DNA of 64,000 bases from Candidatus Binatia bacterium (GTDB taxonomy: Bacteria; Desulfobacterota; Binatia; Bin18), in assembly GCA_963664395.2 (NCBI GenBank), contig OY761159.2, forward strand, positions 1,472,001 to 1,536,000, read 5' to 3'. A program made the position numbers and the translations under genes. The notes under the pieces were generated by a model, which had not been told where the DNA came from, searched no databases, and saw only the letters and a list, made by a program, of their open reading frames with translations. Each line of letters begins with the position of its first letter. The first letter of the stretch is position 1. This document shows, in pieces, positions 39,981 to 48,507 of the stretch.

Positions 39981-40442
39981 CTACTGGACGGCTTCAGTGA
40001 GGTTCGCAACAACAACGACCTTCCCATGCCCAACTGAGGACCCGACAAATCCGGCAACACGGGCGAAGGTGTATTTTGAGCGGAATAAGTCGTGGACTCT
40101 TTCGATTTCATTCGTGTCTGTCACAAACTGCGCGCTTCCGGTGAGGACAAGTTGGCCGATTCTCAGCTGCATCTGTGGGTTTTTTTGCAGGTTCCGATAC
40201 CAGTGAGTTTTGCCGTCTTTTCCGGATTGGATATACAAAGTTCCCTGGTCGTAGACAAACCAAATCGGTGTCGTACGCGGCTTGCCACTCTTGCGTCCTA
40301 TGCTCGTGATTTCGAGCGTCGACTCAGTGGCGACACGAGCGAGCTCGTCCTGAACCCTGCTCTCCTGAGCGGTTCCCGGTAGTACGCTCCCAAAAAGGAG
40401 CGCCAGCCCGACCCATTGCAGTTTCCATGCTGTGTGTGTCAT
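39981..40442 (-). CDS. Ddn-like (deazaflavin-dependent nitroreductase family) protein with signal peptide
   Basis: LEITSIGRKSGKPRTTPIW and WYRNLQKNP motifs; hydrophobic N-terminus ending GTA-Q. Confidence 0.78.
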   Translation of the reverse strand: MTHTAWKLQWVGLALLFGSVLPGTAQESRVQDELARVATESTLEITSIGRKSGKPRTTPIWFVYDQGTLYIQSGKDGKTHWYRNLQKNPQMQLRIGQLVLTGSAQFVTDTNEIERVHDLFRSKYTFARVAGFVGSSVGHGKVVVVANLTEAVQ

Positions 40443-40551
40443 ACCTTCCCCCCTCTCTGTAAAGAAATACTCTCTCTGGTTTCTCGGCTAAGGGATATAT
40501 GGTAGCGTGGGCAGCGTATTTTTATTCTGGAATTATGAGGAGGAAAGAGCG

Positions 40552-40890
40552 ATGTCCACCCAGTACCATTTCCGTATTGCGAACGAAAGCATTGAGGTGC
40601 AAACGGGCCCACACGCTTCCCCGAACATTACTATGACCATGAAGGAGAGTGACTACCTTGCTATGGTCAACGGCAAGCTCAATGGGCAGATGGCATTCAT
40701 GAGCGGCAAGCTGAAAATTGCCGGGGATATGGGACTCGCTCTGAAGCTCCAAAATCTTTTTAAGCCGGCTGATGCCGGCAGCCCTCCAGCCGAAACCATT
40801 CAGCAAGTCATAGACGGCATGCCAGAGGCGTTCAATGCTGATGCTGCGAAGGGCATGGTCGCGGTCTTCCAGTTTGATCTGACTGACTGA
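40552..40890 (+). CDS. SCP2 sterol/lipid-binding domain protein, circularly permuted
   Basis: MVNGKLNGQMAFMSGKLKIAGDMGLALKL precedes the normally N-terminal MPEAFNADAAKGMVAVFQFDL; GAGGAGG RBS. Confidence 0.85.
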   Translation: MSTQYHFRIANESIEVQTGPHASPNITMTMKESDYLAMVNGKLNGQMAFMSGKLKIAGDMGLALKLQNLFKPADAGSPPAETIQQVIDGMPEAFNADAAKGMVAVFQFDLTD

Positions 40891-40896
40891 ACACCT

Positions 40897-40932
40897 CAGA
40901 TTTCTCAGACAGATTTCTCAGACAGATTTCTC
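40897..40932. repeat. 13-bp tandem repeat CAGATTTCTCAGA x2.8
   Basis: Directly visible after the SCP2 stop. Confidence 0.85.
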
Positions 40933-40943
40933 GTATATCATTC

Positions 40944-40991
40944 AGACACCGGGAGGCAGGAGGGACTATGCTCTCCTGCCTCCCGGTGTCT
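40944..40991. repeat. perfect 19-bp inverted repeat (hairpin)
   Basis: AGACACCGGGAGGCAGGAG-N10-CTCCTGCCTCCCGGTGTCT. Confidence 0.85.
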
Positions 40992-41012
40992 CACCCCTCT
41001 TGTTGAGCCTCC

Positions 41013-42200
41013 ATGACAAAACGTACTGTTATCGGTCTGATGTCCGGCACGTCTCATGATGGGATTGATGCCGTGCTGGTTGATATTGCACGCGTGAGTC
41101 GCCGCTTCCGTATTCAACAACGGGCATTTCGCTCATTTCCGTATTCTCGCCCTGTTCGGTCCCGCCTCTTGAGATTAAGCCAGGGAGCCCGGATTGATGC
41201 CGGCGAAGTCTCACAAGTCAATGTGCTCCTCGGCGAGTTGTTTGCGCGGGCGGTGCTCAAGCTGTGTGAAAGAGCCGCCATCTCGTGGGAGCAGGTTGAT
41301 GCCATCGGCTCCCACGGACATACTGTCTATCATAACCCCCACCAACGACCCGGACCAGGTTCGACCCTCCAGATTGGAGAGCCGGCCGTCATTGCGAATC
41401 GGACCGGTATCACAACGATAGCGGACTTTCGACCGGCAGACGTTGCGCTAGGCGGAGAAGGCGCACCGCTCGTTCCCTATGTGCACGCCTGCCTGTTTCA
41501 ACACCCTACCCGTGCGGTCGCCGTTCATAATATCGGTGGGATCGCCAACGTCACCGCCCTGCCTCCCCGTTCGACACAACAGGACCTGCTGGCTTTTGAT
41601 ACCGGCCCTGGGAATATGTTAATTGACAGCGTTGTGCACACAGTCACAAAGGGCAAGCGGTTGTACGACCGGAACGGCCGCATGGCCAAAGCCGGGAGCG
41701 TGCACACCCGTCTGCTGCATGAACTGCTCCGGCATCGCTACTTTGCTCGGCGCCCGCCCAAGTCGACCGGCAGGGAAGAATTCGGCGCGCCGTTTGTCGA
41801 GCGTTTTCTCAAACGTGCAGCGCAGCTCAACCTGTCTCCGAACGACCAGGCGGCGACTGCAACCGCCTTAACCGCAACGAGCATGGCCCAGGCGTATCAC
41901 GACTTTATCCTGCCGCAGGGTCCGCTCGCCGAGGTCTACCTCACCGGTGGTGGGGCACTCAACCCGACCCTGCGGATGCAATTCGCCCAGGCGTTGCCCG
42001 CTGTCCGAATCCGACTGCTTGAAGAGACAGGCTATGCGAGCCAGTCTTTGGAAGCCCTGGCGTTTGCCGTTTTAGCCTATGCGACATTGCATGGCCTGCC
42101 ATCGAATGTCCCGAGTGCAACAGGCGCGAGGCGGCCCGTTGTTCTTGGGAAAATTGTTCCTGGTAAGAATTATCGTGACGTCCGCGTAACGTCCAATTGA
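41013..42200 (+). CDS. anmK: anhydro-N-acetylmuramic acid kinase
   Basis: IGLMSGTSHDGID, IGSHGHT, DFRPADVALGGEGAPL, NIGGIAN, FDTGPGN and PKSTGRE motifs. Confidence 0.95.
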   Translation: MTKRTVIGLMSGTSHDGIDAVLVDIARVSRRFRIQQRAFRSFPYSRPVRSRLLRLSQGARIDAGEVSQVNVLLGELFARAVLKLCERAAISWEQVDAIGSHGHTVYHNPHQRPGPGSTLQIGEPAVIANRTGITTIADFRPADVALGGEGAPLVPYVHACLFQHPTRAVAVHNIGGIANVTALPPRSTQQDLLAFDTGPGNMLIDSVVHTVTKGKRLYDRNGRMAKAGSVHTRLLHELLRHRYFARRPPKSTGREEFGAPFVERFLKRAAQLNLSPNDQAATATALTATSMAQAYHDFILPQGPLAEVYLTGGGALNPTLRMQFAQALPAVRIRLLEETGYASQSLEALAFAVLAYATLHGLPSNVPSATGARRPVVLGKIVPGKNYRDVRVTSN

Positions 42201-42225
42201 GCGAGCGAACAGAGAGGAAAGAGAC

Positions 42226-43299
42226 ATGGCAAAGCGTGTTGTGGTTATTCCCGGTGATGATGCCGCGCCGGAGGCAATGGCGCCGACGGTTGAGATCCTG
42301 AAAAACTTTGCGCTCGACATACACTTCACGGAGTTTCCGTCCGGTCAAGCAGGAGTGAAACAGTACGGCTCACGGAAGGGCTTTGAGAGGGCGCTGCGGG
42401 AAGCGATTGACCAGTCGGACTCGACCCTGTTCGGTTCGACCAATGGCACCACCGGCGGTATCGGGTATCTGCGCTGGGGCAAACAGACGTATGCCAACGT
42501 CCGTCCGGCACGCTGGCGGCCGGGATTTCAGAGCCCGCTCAAAAGCCCGGAATCCATTGACTTTGTTATCGTTCGAGAAAATCTGGAAGACCTGTATATG
42601 GGGGTGGAGGGCGAGTTGAAGGCCCTCTCACCACTGTCATTGATGAGTACCATTACCCGCAAGCCGCTCGATACAACGGCGAAGGGCCGGTTTGCCATTA
42701 AAGCGATTACAGAGGAAGGCTCCCGCCGCATTGCCCGCTTTGCCTTTGAACTTGCGCGCAAACGGAAGGCCCAGGGGAGAAAGGGACTCGTCACCTGTAC
42801 CAGCAAATACAATATGCTGCATAAAAGTGACGGATTATTCCGTGAAGTTGTCGAAGCAACGGCCAGAGAGTATCCCGACCTGGGCTATGAACAATACATT
42901 GTCGATGATTTTGCGCGGCGTCTGGTCGCCAGCCCGTCGCAATTTGATGTGGCTGTCATGCCGAACTTGTATGGTGATATCCTGTCCGACGTTGCTGCCG
43001 GAACCATTGGCGGCCTGGGACTCGCACCCAGCGGCTGCTATGGCGACACGTACGCCTATTTTGAATCCGTCCATGGCTCTGCCCCTGATATTGCCGGCCG
43101 GAATATTATCAACCCTACGGCGACCTTGCTCTCAGCCGTGCTGCTGCTCAACTATCTCGCCTGGACCAACGAGGCACAGCGTCTTGAGGCCGCGGTCGCG
43201 CACGTATATGCAAACGGCGAGACCCTCCCCCCTGACCAAGGCGGGTCAGCATCAACAACTGCATTCTGTGCGGAAGTCCGGAAAGTACTCTTTGGCTAA
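42226..43299 (+). CDS. isocitrate/isopropylmalate dehydrogenase family protein
   Basis: YANVRP, IVRENLEDLY, PNLYGDILSD and HGSAPDIAG motifs. Confidence 0.92.
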   Translation: MAKRVVVIPGDDAAPEAMAPTVEILKNFALDIHFTEFPSGQAGVKQYGSRKGFERALREAIDQSDSTLFGSTNGTTGGIGYLRWGKQTYANVRPARWRPGFQSPLKSPESIDFVIVRENLEDLYMGVEGELKALSPLSLMSTITRKPLDTTAKGRFAIKAITEEGSRRIARFAFELARKRKAQGRKGLVTCTSKYNMLHKSDGLFREVVEATAREYPDLGYEQYIVDDFARRLVASPSQFDVAVMPNLYGDILSDVAAGTIGGLGLAPSGCYGDTYAYFESVHGSAPDIAGRNIINPTATLLSAVLLLNYLAWTNEAQRLEAAVAHVYANGETLPPDQGGSASTTAFCAEVRKVLFG

Positions 43300-43343
43300 G
43301 AGTACACCGACTCTAACCACTCTGGCGACTCTTGGGAGGGAAA

Positions 43344-43520
43344 CTATCCCGAGGTCTTGCTCCGGGGGCGCTTCACAACAACAATACTTTGCCCGTTCAC
43401 TCGAACCGTCCGCCGACCTGAGGCGGGAGAAGAAGACTGCAGGACCGGCTTGCGGCCACGTTCTTCCCGCCATTGTTTGAGTTGTTGTTCCAGGTCCTTC
43501 GAATCCACTTGTTCCTCCAT
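43344..43520 (-). CDS. putative 58-aa small protein
   Basis: MEEQVDSKDLEQQLKQWREERGRKPVLQSSSPASGRRTVRVNGQSIVVVKRPRSKTSG* with GGAG RBS, 23 bp after rpoD; below the ORF-track cutoff. Confidence 0.6.
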   Translation of the reverse strand: MEEQVDSKDLEQQLKQWREERGRKPVLQSSSPASGRRTVRVNGQSIVVVKRPRSKTSG

Positions 43521-43543
43521 ACTACTCCAATATTTTCGGCTTC

Positions 43544-45361
43544 TCAGCCATCTATAAATGCTTCCAAACTCTTTGCTCGGGTTGGGTTGCGCAGTTTCCG
43601 TAACGCTTTGGCCTCAATCTGACGAATGCGCTCACGGGTCACGGCAAAGCGCTGTCCAACTTCTTCAAGCGTGTAGTCCGTCTTTTCATCAATGCCAAAC
43701 CGCATACGCAGAATTTGCTCCTCACGCGGTGTCAGTGTGGCAAGGACCTTGCGCGTCTGCTCCTCCAAACTGAGGGCCATGGCGGCGTCTGCCGGAGAGA
43801 GGGTTTGACGATCTTCAACAAAATCTCCCAGCGAACTCTCTTCATCGTCTCCAATCGGTGTCTCCAGCGAGACTGGCTCTTTCACAATCTTGAGGACTTT
43901 CCTGACCTTGTCCGCGGGTACTTCCATTTGGACGGCAATTTCTTCCGGCGAAGGTTCCCGGCCGAGTTGTTGGACCAGATAGCGAGAGGTCCGAAGCACC
44001 TTGTTGATCGTCTCAATCATGTGGACCGGGATGCGAATCGTCCGAGCCTGGTCAGCGATTGCCCGACTCACGGACTGTCGAATCCACCACGTCGCATAGG
44101 TCGAGAATTTATAGCCGCGTTGATACTCAAATTTCTCAACCGCGCGCATCAGACCAATATTGCCTTCCTGGATCAAGTCGAGAAATCCCAGCCCGCGGTT
44201 GACATAGCGTTTGGCAATACTCACCACAAGGCGCAGATTGGCTTCAATGAGACGGCGCTTGCCTTCTTGTGCCTGAGCCTCTCCTCGGGCGATCGTCTGA
44301 AGGGACTGACGCATCTCGTCAATATCCGTTCCAAGCTGCTCCTCAATGCGCCGAATTTCCTTGCGGGCGTCTTTGATGGCCTGACTTGCCTCTTGGAGCT
44401 TCTGCTCCTGGGCTTTCCCAACCTTTCCCACGCTCACACCCCGGGCACTCCCATTCTTCGAGGTGGACGTACGCGCCAGAGCAATAATCTCAGACGCCTT
44501 GCAATTCAGGCTGGACTCTTGTCTGCGGATAGTCCGGTCCTGCTTTTCCATCCTGACACCGACTTCCTTCAATTTATCCACAACAATCGTAATATGCCGT
44601 CGCCCTAAAGGCAGCTCATCAAGTGCAACCCAGATATTCTCGCATACATGGCGAAGCCGCTTGAGCGCTTTCTCGCGTTCTTTTACCGGACTCCGCTTAC
44701 GAGACAAATTTTCAGCTTTTTCCCGCTCCCCGGCAAGGCGTTTGAGCGGCCCCATACGACTCAGAAACATCGCAATCCGCGGGTCTTCCCTCCCGGACGC
44801 CTCACTATCCTCGTCTTCGTCGCCGAAAATACGCCGCGCTTCTGTCTCATCCTGTTTGAGACGAGCGCCGAGAGATAAAATATACTGGAGCGCTAAGGGA
44901 GCAGCGAAGATTTCCCGGCGAATATGCATCTCTCCGGCCTCGATCTCTTTCGCAATCGTGACCTCCTCCTCACGGCTCAGGAGTGGGATATTGCCCATCT
45001 CCTGGAGGTACATCCGGACGGGGTCTGAGGTGTCTCCCGTCACCGCCTCCCCGGTCGCGGCCACTTTCTCTTCCCAGCTCTCTTCGTCCGATTTGGCAAC
45101 CTCAACAGCAGCGGTCCCCTCTTCTTCAATGCTGATGGAATTATCGTCCGCAAGAATGTCGACAGTATCAATATCCATGTCTTCAAGAATGGACATGACG
45201 TGTTCGGTTTCTTTTGTCGGCGTTCCTCTTTGCAGTGAAGAAGCGGCGGCTTGGACCTCTGTAAGCGCGGGCTTTTCAGTCCCCGCTGTGGCTGCCTTCG
45301 TGGAAGTCTTTCGTAGAGTGTGCGAAACAGTCGCCATCTTTTTATTCTTCTTTTTTTCCAT
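43544..45361 (-). CDS. rpoD: RNA polymerase primary-type sigma70 factor
   Basis: [50 protein letters not shown] and [17 protein letters not shown] motifs. Confidence 0.93.
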   Translation of the reverse strand: MEKKKNKKMATVSHTLRKTSTKAATAGTEKPALTEVQAAASSLQRGTPTKETEHVMSILEDMDIDTVDILADDNSISIEEEGTAAVEVAKSDEESWEEKVAATGEAVTGDTSDPVRMYLQEMGNIPLLSREEEVTIAKEIEAGEMHIRREIFAAPLALQYILSLGARLKQDETEARRIFGDEDEDSEASGREDPRIAMFLSRMGPLKRLAGEREKAENLSRKRSPVKEREKALKRLRHVCENIWVALDELPLGRRHITIVVDKLKEVGVRMEKQDRTIRRQESSLNCKASEIIALARTSTSKNGSARGVSVGKVGKAQEQKLQEASQAIKDARKEIRRIEEQLGTDIDEMRQSLQTIARGEAQAQEGKRRLIEANLRLVVSIAKRYVNRGLGFLDLIQEGNIGLMRAVEKFEYQRGYKFSTYATWWIRQSVSRAIADQARTIRIPVHMIETINKVLRTSRYLVQQLGREPSPEEIAVQMEVPADKVRKVLKIVKEPVSLETPIGDDEESSLGDFVEDRQTLSPADAAMALSLEEQTRKVLATLTPREEQILRMRFGIDEKTDYTLEEVGQRFAVTRERIRQIEAKALRKLRNPTRAKSLEAFIDG

Positions 45362-45558
45362 AGGATGCTTCAGTCCCCTTTACCCAAACGGCGTCAAAAC
45401 ACGACAGGACGTCGCTATTCCTTCATCCTGACGCATATACAAGCAAGGAAAAAGCCTGACTCCCCCGACAGAGTAACTTCTGCTTGGTTGATACAAAAGA
45501 ATTTATGGGTAGGCCGATGCACTTGGCCAGAGCTTCTGAAAAAATAAAGGTCTGCTAC

Positions 45559-45587
45559 ATATTAGGGGCACTCAGGCGGGAAGTCAA
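45559..45587 (-). promoter_or_regulatory. putative sigma70 promoter for rpoD
   Basis: Minus strand TTGACT-N17-TAATAT. Confidence 0.55.
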
Positions 45588-45670
45588 GAGAAAATCCGGA
45601 TGCCGAAGACAATCCGAAGACGATAGCGCCCAGGAGGCAGTCATGACACCGGCTGATTATGGGGCCACGC

Positions 45671-46276
45671 TTATGACTCGTGCTTGATACGCAGTTTCCC
45701 GAGCAAATACTTCAGCCCCTGGAGCATTTCGTGCTGAGCCCGGACGGCATCGGTGGCGTGGGAGATGTATACACCCGCTTCGAGGAAAGACCCCCACAAC
45801 AGCCGGGCCAGCGTTTTGTGCGGGGCCTCTTCGATAAAGCCTTCCGTCGCCAACTGCCCCAAGACCTGACCGATGAGGTCCACTGCCTGCACGTTTTTGT
45901 GCCAGATGTCCGGGTCTAAAACGGACGGGCCATCAGTAAAAATAATGCGCTGCGCGCTCTTGTCAGAGAGAGATTCAATAAAGGCGGTGCAGCCCGTCTC
46001 GATAAACCGCTGCCAGAGATTACCCTCAGCCGCCTGCACGCGCGTCATAACCGCCTGCGTTCGAGATTGTCTGAACCGCTCAAAAACGGCTTGGAACAGG
46101 GATTTTTTATCATGAAAATGATAATACAGCGCGCCTCTGGTCACCCCGGCACGTTCCACAATGTCCTTGGTGGATGTGTCGGCATACCCCCGCTCGGCAA
46201 ACATCTCGTGGGCAATGGTCAGTAAAGCTGCCCGAGTCCTCTCATATTGTTCGGCTTTTGGAAGCGCTGCTGCCAT
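45671..46276 (-). CDS. TetR/AcrR family regulator (copy 1)
   Basis: FAERGYADTS..DIVERAGVTRGALYYHF motif; GAGG RBS before ATG 46276. Confidence 0.92.
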   Translation of the reverse strand: MAAALPKAEQYERTRAALLTIAHEMFAERGYADTSTKDIVERAGVTRGALYYHFHDKKSLFQAVFERFRQSRTQAVMTRVQAAEGNLWQRFIETGCTAFIESLSDKSAQRIIFTDGPSVLDPDIWHKNVQAVDLIGQVLGQLATEGFIEEAPHKTLARLLWGSFLEAGVYISHATDAVRAQHEMLQGLKYLLGKLRIKHES

Positions 46277-46333
46277 ACCTCTCCCCCTCCCTTTCTCCCT
46301 TATGTGAATCAGGTTACTTAGTATGAAAGTACG

Positions 46334-46372
46334 TTGACATACATACATACATATTATATGTATGTATGTCAA
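46334..46372. promoter_or_regulatory. operator-like palindrome overlapping divergent -35 boxes
   Basis: TTGACATACATACATA-N7-TATGTATGTATGTCAA perfect 16-bp inverted repeat. Confidence 0.75.
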
Positions 46373-46443
46373 ATACGCCTATCTTCAGACAAGCACTATC
46401 AACACCTGAACCCGCCCGGCAATCTCGATCTTGGCCGGAACTA

Positions 46444-46533
46444 TTTACATACATTCCATATGCATATATAAATTTTGTTGACATACAATCCATATGTGTG
46501 TTAAATGGTTTTCGCATGCAAACCGTATGTATT
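46444..46533 (+). promoter_or_regulatory. three further degenerate operator copies plus putative promoter of the tad operon
   Basis: ACATACATTCCATATGCATAT, ACATACAATCCATATGTGTGT and GCATGCAAACCGTATGTATTC; TTGACA(46478)-N17-TTAAAT. Confidence 0.6.
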
Positions 46534-47250
46534 CTGAAACCTGGTGTCTTCACCACGCTTGCCGCAGCGGGACTTGTGGTGTTCCTGAGCGCGTGCAGTC
46601 GGCTGCCGGGCGGGCCGAAACGGAGTGCGCTTGGCCCGGCCCAACAGCAGATGTTGGACAGTAGCCTGAAGGTGTCGGCAGCAGCCATCCAAACCGGCCA
46701 ACCGGTCGCCGCCGGGCGGATGTATGAGCGGCTGTCCGCTTCCTTCCCGAGCGCGCCGGAGCCGAAACTCGGACTGGCCTATATGGCCCTGCACGCGGGC
46801 GACTTCGCTACCGCGGATGCGCTGTTCACCGAAGCCAGCACACTGGCCACGCGACCGGCCATCAAGGCCGAGGCCCTGCTCGGTGCCGGGCGAGCGAGCC
46901 TGGGGCGGGAAGACTTCGCCACGGCCAAGACCCACTTCCTCGCCGCCACCGAACTGGCCAACGGCACGCCGGTAGCCTCCTGGGTGATGAACGGTCTGGC
47001 AGTCGTTGCAGCGATTGAGGGCGATTACCCGCTGGCGGAGAAACATTACAAACAGGCGCTGGCATTGGTAACCCATCCGCTCATTACCGCCAACCTGATG
47101 CGGATGCTCGTCGAAGCGGGACGCATGGACGAAGCACGGCAGCTCCATTCCAGCTACAGCCCTTCCTACTGGGTGGAAAGCGACCAGGCCGAGTTGCCAC
47201 AACTGCTCGAAAACAGCGACAAGGAAAATGACAATGATGGCTCGGGTTAG
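46516..47250 (+). CDS. tadD: TadD-like TPR lipoprotein (pilotin)
   Basis: Lipobox LSAC, TPR helices, NGLAVVAA..GDY..A...ANL pattern; first gene of the tad locus. Confidence 0.72.
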   Translation: MQTVCILKPGVFTTLAAAGLVVFLSACSRLPGGPKRSALGPAQQQMLDSSLKVSAAAIQTGQPVAAGRMYERLSASFPSAPEPKLGLAYMALHAGDFATADALFTEASTLATRPAIKAEALLGAGRASLGREDFATAKTHFLAATELANGTPVASWVMNGLAVVAAIEGDYPLAEKHYKQALALVTHPLITANLMRMLVEAGRMDEARQLHSSYSPSYWVESDQAELPQLLENSDKENDNDGSG

Positions 47251-48475
47251 ACAACAAAATCCGGACAGGCCACTGGGCCGCTCGCTGATGGCATTCGGCC
47301 TGCTGGTCTGCCTCATGTCCTCAGGACAAGCAGACGCGGCGGAGCCGATCAGGCCGGTCCCGATCATGGTTGAGGTGAACGTAGCGAAAGCGGAGCTGGG
47401 AAAGCGGCTGTTCCACGACGTGAGATTATCGAAGAACGACACCATCTCCTGCGCTACCTGCCACGACCTCAGCGCCGGTGGTGACGACGGACTGGTCGTT
47501 TCCGTCGGGATGGAAGGACGGTCCGGCGTGATGAACGCGCCCACCGTGTTCAACGCCGGTTTCAACTTCAAGCAGTTCTGGGACGGACGGGCGCACACCC
47601 TGAAAGACCAGATTGACGGCCCGTTACAGAGTCGCATCGAGATGGAAAGTATCTGGCCGGATGTCGTGACCAAACTCTTCCAGGACAAGGATTATCCCGG
47701 CATGTTCCAGCAGGTGTATGCCAGCAGTGAACAGACGATTTCCCGCGAGAACATCAAAGACGCCATCGCCGAGTTCATGCGCTCCCTGATTACGCCCAAC
47801 AGTCGCTTCGACCGTTGGCTCAGAGGCGACGCCGAGGCCCTCAGCGATCATGAGCAACAGGGCTACGCCTTGTTTAAGCGCTACGGGTGTGTGTCCTGCC
47901 ATCAAGGGGCAAGCGTGGGCGGCAATATGTTTCAGGTATTCGGCGTGATTAACGATTATTTCAGAAAGCGGGGCAACATTACCGACGCCGACCTGGGGCG
48001 CTTCAACGTCACCGGGAACGAGGCCGACAGACACGCCTTCAAGGTCCCGAGCCTGCGGATGGCCGCCCATACCGCCCCCTATTTGCACGACGGCAGTGCA
48101 GCGACCTTGCGCGACGCGGTCGATGCCATGTTCGAGTTCCAGCTGGGACGAGAAGCGCCGGATGAGGACAAGGAGGCAATCGTGGCGTTCATCGGGACCC
48201 TGGCAGGGGAATACACACACACGAATTACCAATTTGACCTCGGGCAGAGCTCTGCGGCGGACGAAGCCCAGGAAATCTCCACCGGAGCCGAAGTCCAAGA
48301 AATCTCCACCGAAGTCCAGGAAAGCCCTGCGGCAGACATAGCCCAAGAAAGCTCCCAAAACAGAAGAATCAGATCGGGACGTTCGGCAGACATAACCCAA
48401 GGAATCTCCCAAAACGGAACAGCCCCCTCAGCCCCCTCAGGACGCTCGGGACGCTCGGGACGCTCAGGACGATAA
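47228..48475 (+). CDS. di-heme cytochrome c peroxidase (CCP/MauG family) with low-complexity tail
   Basis: Signal peptide, LGKRLFHD.RLS, CATCH, NAPTVFNA, QFWDGRA, CVSCH and FKVPSLR..TAPYLHDGS motifs. Confidence 0.92.
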   Translation: MTMMARVRQQNPDRPLGRSLMAFGLLVCLMSSGQADAAEPIRPVPIMVEVNVAKAELGKRLFHDVRLSKNDTISCATCHDLSAGGDDGLVVSVGMEGRSGVMNAPTVFNAGFNFKQFWDGRAHTLKDQIDGPLQSRIEMESIWPDVVTKLFQDKDYPGMFQQVYASSEQTISRENIKDAIAEFMRSLITPNSRFDRWLRGDAEALSDHEQQGYALFKRYGCVSCHQGASVGGNMFQVFGVINDYFRKRGNITDADLGRFNVTGNEADRHAFKVPSLRMAAHTAPYLHDGSAATLRDAVDAMFEFQLGREAPDEDKEAIVAFIGTLAGEYTHTNYQFDLGQSSAADEAQEISTGAEVQEISTEVQESPAADIAQESSQNRRIRSGRSADITQGISQNGTAPSAPSGRSGRSGRSGR

Positions 48476-48507
48476 GACACTTACTAAGACGCTTAGGAAT
48501 CATCACC

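Noticed and set aside
43715-45431. Long plus-strand ORFs of 297 and 322 aa
   Set aside because: Antisense to rpoD with no motifs; expected from GC-rich codon bias.
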